This document shows, piece after piece, positions 26,907 to 38,999 of a stretch of 64,000 nucleotides of DNA. The translations under genes were made by a program, and so were the position numbers. The notes beneath the pieces are model-generated. The model saw nothing but the letters and a program-made list of their open reading frames with translations, ran no database searches and was not told the DNA's origin. Each line of letters begins with the position of its first letter. The first letter of the stretch is position 1. The DNA comes from Mobula hypostoma (Eukaryota): the NCBI RefSeq assembly GCF_963921235.1, contig NC_086097.1:57290001-57354000 (forward strand), given 5' to 3'.

Positions 26907-29383
26907 GTATGGAGGTATATACAGTTATGATCTTTACTATGTGTGGAATTCTTTAAGTATGTTTTGTATTTTCATAAAAAATAAAAACTAGGTAGCTGTT
27001 ATCCACTATTTTTGTTACTTTCATCTTTACAGCGTAGGAGCTGAATATGATTTCATCAGTGGGAATAACATTTAAAATGTTAATTAGTCAAAGAAAAATG
27101 TCAGTAAAAATGTGTTTCCTTTCCTCCACTAAGATTCTACACTTCCTTTCCTGTTTCAACCACATGCTAAATTTCAAGCTTATATTAATGGATAATGAAC
27201 TAGGATCAAGAACCTACCAAGTATTTCCCTTTGCAGTGAAATGTTCAATTGCCTCAGCCCAACCTCTGGATTTTTCCTGCTCAATGTCCTTACAGATGTG
27301 TAATCATTTAAGGTGTTGATTGAAATCTATCTTTGATCAATCTTTTCTTTGTCATCTCTATAGCTGCCTCCTTTTTTGGTCTTGGTGCCCAAACTTGCTG
27401 AGATGAAACAGGGACGTTTTACAATATTTACAGTTTTGTATGGCTCAGATGTTCACTGGACTTATTTACTGAGCCATCTGCTGGGCATGACAGACCAAAT
27501 AGTTAAAGCAAAATACTGCAGCATTTTGCCTAACCTAAATCTGGAATTTTTTGTGGATGCTTGTAATATAATTGAAACTATTTTTATGAGATTAGGCTCA
27601 ACTCTGGCCCCCAAAAAGAGCAGACATTTACTTTCATTGCTGAGTTGAAATGTTGTGCTCACTAAAATTCAAATTCTACCTAAGGGAAAAGAAATCAACT
27701 TTGTTTTTACATTATTCATCGCTATAGAATGAAAAAAATTGAACCCACCTAGGAATAAACTAGAAGTTCTGAATGTTGAAAGAATCCATTTTGCAGTACT
27801 ATAGCTTGTGGGTTTTGCAGTGAATTTTGAGTAATATGACCTGCCCATGAAGTAATCTGCAGTTCCAACAAAGGTTTGCTTCAAAAACAAGATCGAGAAA
27901 TATAAAAACATCTTGTAATTTTTTAAAGTCCGGAACTCAAGCTCATAATTCTTTACATACATATGGTTATTGTAGCTTTGTATTTGCTGGACACATTCTA
28001 AAATAATTTCTCTAATTGTATTGAGTTTTGTCTTGCGCTTTGACTTGCAAATATTTTAGGGTTCTATTTATTGTCTGATGGAAGCACTTTTTCTTTGGCA
28101 GTTATGACAATGGAGAAAAATGCTACATCCATCCCTACCGGGTAATTTCGTTAAGCTTTGTTTGAAATCTCAGAACACAGAAACACACATGACTGTCATA
28201 CAGAATTAAATTCAATTCTGAAAGAATCCATTTTTTCTGCAGAATTATTCAGGATAATTTCATTTTTCATTACATTTATTTTAATTTGCTTGGCTTTTGC
28301 TGGTACCCTGAAACGTGATACAGCATATTGTCTAGATTTGTATATTGCCACCACCTAAGTTTCATTTATGCAGATAGAGTGTGATGAGTGTCGTAGAGCT
28401 AGCGGATGGCTTCAGACAGACAATCTGTTTGATGCTTAGATATACAGCATATATCCACAAAATGTTTTTCGTGACTGAAGTGTAATGTGATATGCAGGAC
28501 TTAAAACCTGGATTCACTGACTGATGAACCATTTAACATGCAGTAAGTAAATTGTGTATAGAGGATTGCAAGGCACATTTTAGTCTGTTATTGGAAACTG
28601 CTTCCAACTGAGTGGAAATTCCCCTGAGGCAAAAGCTGTTTACTATTTGCAGGGGAATTGAAAGTGCTGATTTCAATCAGATTTCCACAGCAATACACTG
28701 ATGCCTCTGGATTTCTTGTATCGAAAAACAAATGAACAGAAAAAGGCAGGCAACAATATTGCAGTTAAATATTTTGTTGCCTACAACTGGCTTGGTAAAA
28801 TTACATTAAATACAACTAAAAACTTAGGTAAATAATCAGTTTCAAAGAGATAATTGAATGTAAATTGTTGGGAATGCAGCCTAAATACTATTTTTAGTAT
28901 GCATGTTTTCTCACATTTTTATATTCTTTCCTCTCCATAGAACATTGAATACCGTTTCTATAGGAACCAGACATGTGCTCTGAGCTTCAATGAGCTTTTC
29001 AGTTGTAATGGGGGCACTCCATCACTGAATCTCATTGGGTATCCACTCACATTAAATTCCAACAGGAGTTGCTTGATAACCATTAAAATAAGAATCATGG
29101 TCAATTTCCAAACCTCTCATTATTTAGATTTTCAAGCTACTGGCATCTTGTAAATCTTTAAGATAAAATACAGACACCACAGATTTTAGTAGCTAAACTT
29201 TCCATGTAATTGAAAAAAAACACTTGCTTTTCTAATTGACCCAGAATTATTGAAGGAAACAACTAGTCTTGGCAGGGTGTGTATTCAGTATTTCAATGTA
29301 TACAACTCAAAGGTGACAAACTACATAAATGGTTAATTCCTTGGTACAAGTTATACTGTAACTGCAATTGAATACCAATCAAT

Positions 29384-31675
29384 TGCTGGAGGAACTCAGC
29401 AAGTGGCGTAGCATATATGGAGGGGCATAAACAGTTGATGTTTCCAGCTGAGACCCTTCATCGGACAGGGAAGGAAGGAGGCAGAAGCTAGAATAATGAT
29501 GTGGGGGGGAGAGGAAGGAGTAGATAGATGAGACAAGGTGAGGGGAAATGTGTGGGTGGAGGGGGGCGGTATGAAGTAAGAAGCTGGGAAGGGATAAATG
29601 AAAGAGGTAAAGGACTGAAGAAGAAGGAATCTAATAGAAACAGTGGTCTTTGGAAGAAAGGAAAGGAGGAACGGAACCAGAGAGAAGTGATGGGCAGGTG
29701 ACAAGAGGAGTGGTGAGAGGGGAACCAGAATGGGAAATGGAAGAAGAGAGAAGAAGAGAGGGGGGAGAAATTGTCAAAATTAGAGAAATCAATATCCATG
29801 CCATCGGGTTGGAGGCTACACAAATGGTATTGCTCCTCCAACTTGAATTTGGCCTCATTGTGGTAGTAGAGGAGGCCATTGATTAATGTGTCAAAATGGG
29901 AATGGGAAGTCGAATTGAAATGGGTAGCCACTGGGAGATCCTGCCTCTTGAGGTGGGCAGAGCAAAGACAATTGACAAAGCAGTCCCCCAGTCTATATCG
30001 GGTCTCACTGATGTAAAGGAAACCACACTAGGAGTACCAGATACAATAGACATTCCTGACAGACTAACAGATGAAGTGACGCATCTCCTGAAAGAACTAT
30101 CTGAGACTATTTGGGGATCTAAATGGTGGTGTGGGAAGAGGTGTAGGGGCAGGCAAAGCACTTGTTACATTTGTTAGGATGAAGATCTGTTAGGAGGGAT
30201 GAGCGGGCAAGGGAATCCCTAAGTGGGGAGGGGAAAGATGTGCTTAGTGGTAGGATTCCGTGCTGTAGATGGTGGAAGATATGGAGAATGATGTGCTGGA
30301 TATAATGAGGCTTGTGGAGCGGTAGGTGAGGACATGACGAACCCTATCTCTGATTTGATAATGGGAGGATGGAATGATGATAGATCTGTGGGAAATGGAA
30401 GAGATGCAGGTGAGTGCAGCATTGATGATGGTGGAAGCGAAACACTGTTCTTTGAAAAATAGAGGTCATACTAGATGTTACAGAATGGAAATCCTCATCC
30501 TGAGAACAGATCCAGCAGAGACTAAGGAAATGAGAAAAGGGAATAGCATTTTTACAAGTGACGGGGTAGGAGGAGGTATAGATAAGATAATAGAGACAGT
30601 CGGTAGATTTGTAAAAGATGTTAGTGGATAGCCTGTTTCCAGAGATGGAGACAGAGATTGAGAAAAGGGAGAGAAATGTCAGAGATAAACCAAGTATATC
30701 TGAGTACAGACAGTGTTAATGTTGGTGAAACTGACGAGCTCAGGAAGCAGCACCAGTGCAGTCCACTGTAGTGGAGAAAAAGTTGGGGGGCATTGCTAGT
30801 GTAAGCTTGGAACATGGGCAGTTCACTGTTGCTAACAAAAGAGCTGGCATTGCTAGGATCCATGTGAGTGCCCATGGCTATAGCTCTGGCTTAGAGAAAT
30901 TAGGAGGCACTGTAAGAGAAATTGTTGAGGTTAAGATCCAGTTCTGCCAGATGGGTGGTAAGGTTTGTTCTTCTGAAAGAGGTGGGTAGATTTAAGGCCT
31001 TGTGGATGGGGGGGGGGTGGTGGAAGTGTATAGGGTCTGGGCCTCCATGGTGAAAAGAAGGCCAGGAAACTGAAAGTTATTGAAGTGATGGAGAGCATGT
31101 GAAGTGTAGGTTAGATGGTATTGAACCAAGGGGGACAAAATTGAGATGAGGTATGTAGACATGAGTTCAGTGGGGCAGAAGCAGGCAAAAACAATGACCT
31201 TACTGGGACAGTCAGGTTTGTGGATCTTGAGTAGGAGATAGAAATGAGCAGTGTAGTGTATGAGAATTTTGAGGTTTGTGACAATGGATGTGAGATCTAC
31301 AGAGGCAATGAGGTTGATGATAGTGTGGGAAAAATGGCCTGGTACTCCTTGGTGGAGTCCTGTGCAAAAGGTAAGCAAGACAAGTCTGAGAGCTACTGCC
31401 TGGTCACAGAGAGGTAGAGGTTAGTCCACCAGACCATTTTAGCAAGAGACGCTACTGACAACACCACTCTTGTCCGTGGGTGTGGTGGTGAGGTTGGGAT
31501 TGGCACACAGTGAGTGGAGGGCAATGCGTTCATAAGGAGGTGAGGTTAGAATAGATGAGAGGAGTAGTGATGTTGAGACGGTTAAAGTCTCATCGGTAGT
31601 TAGAGATGAGAAGATCCAGAGCAGGGTGTCCAAGAAGACAAAGAGGGTTGAAAATGGGGCTGGGTTTAACTGGAC
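29384..31675 (-). mobile_element. Older Penelope-like element (RT, GIY-YIG, 3' UTR)
   Basis: Peptides FYLLLKIHKPDCP, MGTHMDPSNAS and ATHFNSTSHS...KLEEQ...LQPDGMDIDFSNF; shared terminus. Confidence 0.85.
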
Positions 31676-32391
31676 AAAGATTTGCCTTTGAAATTTTTAG
31701 CAAGAGATGTGACTGACAGTTCTATGACTTTAAAGGTCATCGGTCTCCAAACTTGCTTGTGTACTTTTGCCGATCATTTTTGTATGAGAAATTTTGTAAT
31801 TATACAGTACTTCGTCCATAATCTGAGATAAACCAATTTACAACAATGGTGATTTCTATATCCATTAGGTTTGTCTGCCTGTGCCTCAGCTTGATTTAAA
31901 TTCTGCTGCAATCGTTTCATTTTTCTGAAGGCAAGTAATACTTTTGAAGTTTGACCTTTGAATCCTCCTAACAGCTCAGTGTGGAAATATCCAGGTCAGC
32001 CTTCTCTGGTACTGTGGGGCCTGTTAACAGAATCTGTGAAATGACAGTTTGTTGCTGAAGCTGTCAGTTAATGCTGCCAGGAATGTTTTCAATCTGTGCA
32101 CATGAATCTATTTTTCTTCCTTGGAATAAGCGCACAAGGCACCTAGCAAGGTAGAACTTCAGGGCAATTGAATATAGAAGATGTAATGAGATTTAGTTGC
32201 ATTGATGGTTTTCATTTACATTTATGAGCTTTCATTTTTAAATGTACAGGACAGGTGACCTCAAGTTTCAGTCATTTGGAAACAGAATTCACCTTCACAG
32301 TATTCATAAATCACTGCTGAAATTTTCGAGATAAGGAAGAAAATTGCTCTAATGGAATTTATGAAATAAAATAAATAAATGAAAGAGTTTT

Positions 32392-34665
32392 TGGCAACAC
32401 ATACAAAATGCTGGAGGAACTCAGCAGGCCAGCCAGCATCTATGGGAAAAAGCACAGTTGACGTCTTGGGCCGAAACCCTTCGGCAGGACTGGAGAAAAA
32501 AAAGCTGAGGAGTAGATTTGAAAGGTTGGGGGTAGGGAGAGAGAAACACCAGGTGATAGGTGAAACTTGGAGTGGGAGGGATGAAGCAAAGAGCCAGAAA
32601 GTTGATTGGTGAAAGAGACAGAGGCCATGGAAGAAAGAAAAAGGGTGGGAAGAGGAGGAGCACCAGAGAGAGGCGATAGGTGGGCAAGGAGACAACATGA
32701 GAGAGGGAAAGGGGATGGGAAATGGTGAAGGGGGGGAGGCATTACTGGAAGTTTGAGAAATCGATGTTCATGCCATCAGGTTGGAGGCTACCCAAACGGA
32801 ATATAAGATGTTGTTCCTCCAATCTAAATGTGACCTTATCACGACAGTGGAGAAGGCCATGGATGGGCATATCGGAATGGGAATAGGAAATGGAATTAAA
32901 ATGGGTGGCCACTGGGAGATCCCGCTTTTTCTGGTGGATGGAACATTGATGCTCGGCAAACTGGTTTCCCAATCTACGTTGGATCTCACCAATATACAGG
33001 AGTCCACACCTGGAGCATCGAACACGGTATATGACCCCAACAGACTCACAGGTGAAGTGTCACCTCACATGGAAGGATTGTTTAGGGCCCTGAATGGTAG
33101 TGAGGGAGGAGGTGTGGGGGCAGGTGAGTAGCACTTGCTCTGCTTGCAAGGATAGGTGCCAGGATGGAGATCAGTGGGGAGGATTGAATGGACAAGGGAG
33201 TCGCATAGGGAGCGATCCCTGCAGAAAGCAGAAAGTTGGGGGGCTGGAGGGAAAGTCGTGTTTGGTGGTGGGATCCAGTTGGAGGTGGCGGAAGTTTCGG
33301 AGAATTATGTACTGGGCGTTGAAGCTGATGAGGTGGTAGGTGAGGACAAGAGGAACCCTATCTCTGGTAGGGTGGCAGGATGATGGGGTAAGAGCAGACA
33401 TGCATGAAATGGAAGGGATGTGGTTGAGGGCAGCATTGATGGTGGACGAAGGGAAGCCCCTTTCTTTGAAAAAGGGGGACTTCTCCTTTGTTCTAGAATT
33501 GAGAAAAGGGGTGGTGTTTTTACAAGTACCAGAGTAGGATGAGATATAGTCCAGGTAGCTGTGAGAATCTGTAGGTTTATAATAAACACCAGTGGATAAG
33601 CTGTCTCCGGAGATAGAGACACTGAGATCAAGAAAGGGAAAGGAAGTGCCAGAAATGGACCAGGAGAATTTGAGGGCAGGTGGAAGTTGGAGGCAAAGTG
33701 GATGAAATCGATGAGTTGAGTATGGGTGCAGGAAACAGCACTAACGCTGTTGTTGATGTAGCGTAGGAAAAGTGCAGGATGGTCACCAGAGTAGGCCTGG
33801 AACATAGACTGTTTCATGTAGCTGACAAACAGGCAGGCATAGCTGGGACCCATGTGAGTGCCCAGAGCTACTCCTTTTGTTTGAAGGAAGCGAGAGGCTA
33901 AAAGAGAAATTATTTAGAGTGAGGACAAGTTCCGCTAAACTGAGGAGAGTGGTAGTGGAGGGGGACTGGTTGGGTCTGGTGTCTAGAAAGAAACGAAGTC
34001 TTAGAGGCCTTCCTGGTGGGGGATGGATGTGTATAGGAACTGGATATCCTTAGTAAAAATAAGATGATGGGGGCCAGAGAACTTGAAATCCCTGAAAAGA
34101 TCAAGAGACTGTGAAGTGTCACAGATGTAGGTAGGAAGGGCCTGAACTGGGGGGAATAAGATAGAGTCGATATATGCAGATATGAGTTCAGTGGGGCAGG
34201 AATAAGCTGAAACAATGGGTCTACCTGGACAAGCGGGTTTATGGATCTTGGGTAGGAGGTAGAAAAGGGAGGTGCGGGGTGCGGGAACTATGAGGTTGGT
34301 GGCAGTGGATGGGTGAACCCCAGAGTCAATAAGGTTGGTGATGGTGTGGGAGACAATGGCCTGGTGTTCCTTCGTGGGGTCCTGTTCGAGAGGTAAGTTA
34401 GAGGATGTGTCTGGGAGTTGGCACTGGGCCTCAGCAAGGCAGAGGTCAGTATGCCAGACGACTACAGTACCTCCCTTATCTGCGGGTTTGATGGTGAGGT
34501 TAGGATTAGTGTGAAGGGAGTGCAGAACCAAGCATGCGGAAGGAGTGAGGTTGGAATAGGAGAGAGGAGTGTTAAAGTCTAGATGGTTAATCTTCCATCG
34601 GCATTCTTCCAGCATTTTGTGTGTGTTGCTCGGATTTCCGGCATCTACAGATTTTCTCTTGTTTG
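32392..34665 (-). mobile_element. Penelope-like element (Neptune-like) with an inverted terminal copy at its 5' junction
   Basis: Peptides TIKPADKGG, FYLLPKIHKPACPGRPIVS, MGPSYACLFV and RLEEQHLIFRLGSLQPDGMNIDFSNF. TSD TGAAAGAGTTTT at 32380-32391 and 34666-34677. Confidence 0.93.
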
Positions 34666-34811
34666 TGAAAGAGTTTTAAAACTGGATTGTATTAACTCAT
34701 GACCAGATTATGTGGCTTTTTTAGAATATTGTGATAGGGACCATTTTCCAAAAATGCAACTCTTCCCTCAGCAATCGTAATGCAGTGGTTGACTGTACTG
34801 AACATACATAT

Positions 34812-35055
34812 GGGGCATCACAGAAGCATGGTGGTTAGTGTTACACTGCCACAGTGCCAGTGACCTGGGTTCAATTCCACCACTGTAGTAAGTAGTTTGA
34901 ACATTCTCCCCGTGACTGCGTGGGATTCCTATAGGTGTGCTGGTTTCATCCCACATTCCAAAGATACACAGGTTAATAGTTTAATTGGTCACATGGGTGC
35001 AATAGGCAGTGGGATCTCAGACTGGAAGAGCCTGTTATCTCTAAGTAAAATAAAA
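34812..35055 (+). mobile_element. V-domain tRNA-SINE
   Basis: A-box-like TGGTGGTTAG, B box GGTTCAATTCC, then ttctccccgtgactgcgtggg...ggtttcatcccacattccaaaga (V-domain-like). Confidence 0.7.
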
Positions 35056-36334
35056 TTAATATATATTTGTATCATCTTAATCTTCATGTCGTTGCACCAA
35101 ATAAATACTATTTCTGCAGGAGGTGAAATGTAGGTTGATAATTGTTACAAGCTTAATTATAACTTGATTTCCCCATTAAATGTAGTAGAGCAATAAGTTG
35201 GACATTTGAAAACTAGGTTGATATGGGCCAAGCACAAGCAGATGGAGCTAGCCCATTTAGAAATCTTGGTCAACATTGAAGAGCTGGGTTGGCCGGCCTA
35301 TTTCTGTGCTGTGTGATTCTATGACTAAGTTAGGGTGAAAGAAGCATATTTTTGACAGGTACCCTAGCTGGTTTCTGCCTTTCTTTACATTGTTCATTTT
35401 AGAAGTTCACATTATATTCTCAGTTCTGATTTTTGCTATTTCTCCACAATCTTTTTGGCTTTACTTCATACATATTCCAAAGAATAAAGTTGCTCTACTA
35501 TGCATTATTGGGAAATGTGTTGGAACTTCACCATTATTGAGCTACTTAATATTTTATTCCCATCTGTACACCCTGTCAAATCCTAATTACTGCCTTTTTT
35601 TTTGGAAGACTTGAAAAACCGTGAGCTTGAAATGCAGTAAGCTGTGGATGTGGATTTTGCACTTTATCTTTCGATTGAAGAGTGTTCGTTGTTGTTTGAG
35701 ACAAGTTTTTTTCATTCCCTTTGCATTTTCAACTTTGTCCTCATGTGAGCATTTACTGCATCATTTATTTTACTACTCTCAGCAGCTGAACTTCACTTAA
35801 CTCAGCTTTATTAGACTTCGTCAAAAATATTAATGGTTTAAAACTGGAAAATATTGGAAAAGTACATATTAAACCACCTGAAAGAGAAAAAGCCAATGTT
35901 TTATATTTTATAAAAGTGAAAATCTTTATTCCACTCATACTATTGAAATAAATTGCTTTAAGGAAATAAAGCCTTAATGGATTTAACAAAGCTCATGTAT
36001 TATATGATGTAATGAGTTAAGCTTTCATTGATGATGAACTGACTTGATATGCAACAACATGAATTATTTGTAGTTGGCCCAGAGAGGTATAAGACATTAG
36101 ATAGCTGTTCAACATTCCACTGATTCTGTAGCTTTTCAAACTTTGTTGACATGGATTGGATTTTATTAATTAGTCATTATAAATATAAAAGTGGTCAAAA
36201 GATTTAGCATAATAATCCAGGAAATTGATTCATTGACTGAAAGGAAAGGTTGTAATTGAAATGGGCTATCTTTATTTTGCAGTGATGCTCAATGTTTTTT
36301 CTTGGAAATCTAAATACCTGTAGGTTCTTGAAAT

Positions 36335-38030
36335 CGGAAATAAGCACAGAAAATGCAGGAGACAATCATCAGGGCGGGCAACAAGAGAAACAGTTAGTAT
36401 TTCAGATTAAAGTTCCTTTGTCATAACTGGGAAAGAAATAAAATACATTAGTTTTCAGTAGCAGGGAAGGCGGGGGAGGAATAAACAAGGAGAATATCCA
36501 TGTGGAGACAAGGCCAGGATTGATGTGGCGAGAAGTTGTAAACAAGTTTTTGTGGTCAATAGGTTAATGTGTGCAGCTAGTGAGAGAGAACATGAGCAAA
36601 GGAACAGGAAAGCTACGAAATGAGGCAGTTAGTAATAATACAAACAATTGAGTATAAGTTGCTGCAAAATGTAGGTTTGTTGATCATGCCTAGAAGTTCT
36701 GGTTGAAGGTAAGGTGGAGAGAATAAAATTTACCTGATATCTTATAGATGGCCTGTTGTGGTACAGACAGAAAATAAATTACTTGAAGTTGTAGGATCTG
36801 TATTATGTTTATTAGCACTGACATATGTTGTGGAATTTGTTGTTTTGCAGCAGCAGTACAGTGCATTATAAGATAGTGAGCAAAATGGTGAGATAGTGTT
36901 CAGAAATTTGATGGTGGGTGCAAAGCTGCTCTTTCTAAACTATCAAGTGTGTGTATTTAGGCTCTTGTAGCTTCCTCTCTAGTAGTAATGAGAAGATGGT
37001 GTGTCCTGGATGGTGAGCAACTATTGAGTCCAGCAATTATTGCCCAGAGGATGAGGTGCTGTTCCCCAAGGTTATCTTGAATCTTGTAGAATTGCAGAAG
37101 GCCACAGACACTTATAGGACAAGGTATTAGTGAATGGAGGATGAAAGTGGCAGACAAAAGGAAGCTCTTGGTCATTGCTATGGACTGAATACAGATACTG
37201 CATAAAGCAATCAGCCAGTCTCAATATATTGCCTTCTGTACATTGGAGAAAAGAATACAAAGACTGAATGTGGTACTCTAGACTCTAGAGTCCAACTAAA
37301 TTGTTGCTTCACCTGGAAAGAAAATTTGGGTTCCTGGATCTTGAGAAGAGGTGAATGATAGGTGTTGGATCTTCTATGATTCCATGGGTAAATAACATGA
37401 AATGACAATGCCAGATAGAAATAAAAGCATAGGAAAAGGAGTCACAAAGGGACTGATCCTTTTGAAATGCTGAGAGAGGTCACGAGAGGAATATGTGTAT
37501 ACAGCATAAAGCAATTTTGTTGGAGCTGGCAGAAATTGTGAAAGATCTATTGAATGCAGAAGGTGATGAGACTAGTAATCTCTGTTCTGTCCCGGAGGAG
37601 AGGAAGTAAGACTGGGGTTGCAGAAGATGGTTGAGACAAATCCAGGACTCTGGTAAAGGGAAAACCACAGATCTGAAAGGAGGAAGATATCTCAGAGTTA
37701 CCTGTGTGGAAAGTTTTATCATTAGAGCAAATACAAATGATAAAGGAATTGGGAGAATGAAATGGACTCATGGGAGAAGGTAGTGTTGGAGAAGTATCCA
37801 AATGCTAGCTGTGGAGAATTGTAGACTTGTAATGGACGTATGTTGCCAGTCTATTCCCTGAGATCAAAATGGAGAATCCAGAATAGGAAGGAAAGGGTCA
37901 TGGCTTGTTCCCTGTTCCAAGTAAGAGCAGAGTGGAAATTGCCAGCAAAAGTAATGAAAATTTTTAAGCTCTCTGATTGAGCTTGAAGAAGATTGAAATA
38001 AAGACAATGGAGAGTGCGGATGCTGTCATC
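36335..38030 (-). mobile_element. Highly decayed PLE, with a Rex-like tail inserted at about 36800-37015
   Basis: Residual similarity to PLE RT/EN DNA and the peptide LGEQHLI. Confidence 0.55.
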
Positions 38031-38034
38031 TGGA

Positions 38035-38910
38035 GCATCACACAAAATTCTGGAGGAACTCAGCAGGTCAGTTGTGTCTTTGCTGGAAAATGCACAGTCG
38101 ATGTTTGGGTCAAGACCCTTGATGTAGACCAGGGGTTCTCCAACCTGGGGTCCATGGACCTCTCAGTTAATGGGAGGGCTCCATGGTATATAAAAGGTTG
38201 GGAACCCCTGATCTAGACTGAAACATAGTTGGAAGTTGTCCAGTAAAAGGAAATAGAGAGAAGAGTTTGAGCAAGAGCTGGTAGGCGATAGGAAGATCCT
38301 TGTGAAGAGGGTGATAGGCAGATAAAGTGGTGGGGGCGGGGGCGTAGAAGAATGGGAATAGTGTGAGAAGGTGAGAGGTGATTGATATGCGGGAGTGACA
38401 AAGGATTGAAGATGATGGACTCTGATAAGAGAGGAAGGTGAAGCATGGAATAAAGGGAGGGAGTTGACACAGTTAGAGGGGAGTAGTGGGGAAGGGGAGC
38501 CACTGGAGGAGTGTGTGAATGATGTACAAATGGGGAAGCTGTGGAGGAGAAAGAGACAGTACTAGAGTGGGGAAGAGAAAAGGGATAGATGTTTCTTTCA
38601 CTGTCTTCCCCCCCCCCACACCCTCTCCCATCTTCACATTAAGTACACACACCTCCCATTGGTTTCCCTCCCCATCTTCTTCCTTCTCTTCTCTCCAACT
38701 TCCCTCTCTTTATTCCATACTTCACCACTCCATCATTCTCATGCCCCCACCTGGATCCACCTATTACATGCCAGCTCTTGCTCCATTCTCCTATTCATAC
38801 TGGCTTTCTCCCCTTTATCTTTCACTCTAGGTGAAGAGTTTCAATGCAAAGCATCAAATGTCCATTTCTCTCCATAGAAGCTGCCTAAATTGCACTAATG
38901 TTTTGTGTTG
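38035..38910. mobile_element. Head-to-head pair of PLE 3' tails
   Basis: Minus tail begins cacacaaaattctggaggaactcagcagg. Purine-rich sequence switches to pyrimidine-rich near 38590. Plus tail ends ttttgtgttg. Confidence 0.6.
38130..38210. mobile_element. 81-bp hAT (Charlie-type) MITE
   Basis: CAGGGGTTCTCCAACCT ... AGGTTGGGAACCCCTG with 8-bp TSD ATGTAGAC / ATCTAGAC. Confidence 0.85.
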
Positions 38911-38999
38911 AACAAGGACAAGGTTAGCTTGGTCCACATCCTTGCTGATAGAATCATAGAACATTACCGCATGGAAGCGGGGGCTTTGGCCCATCTAGT

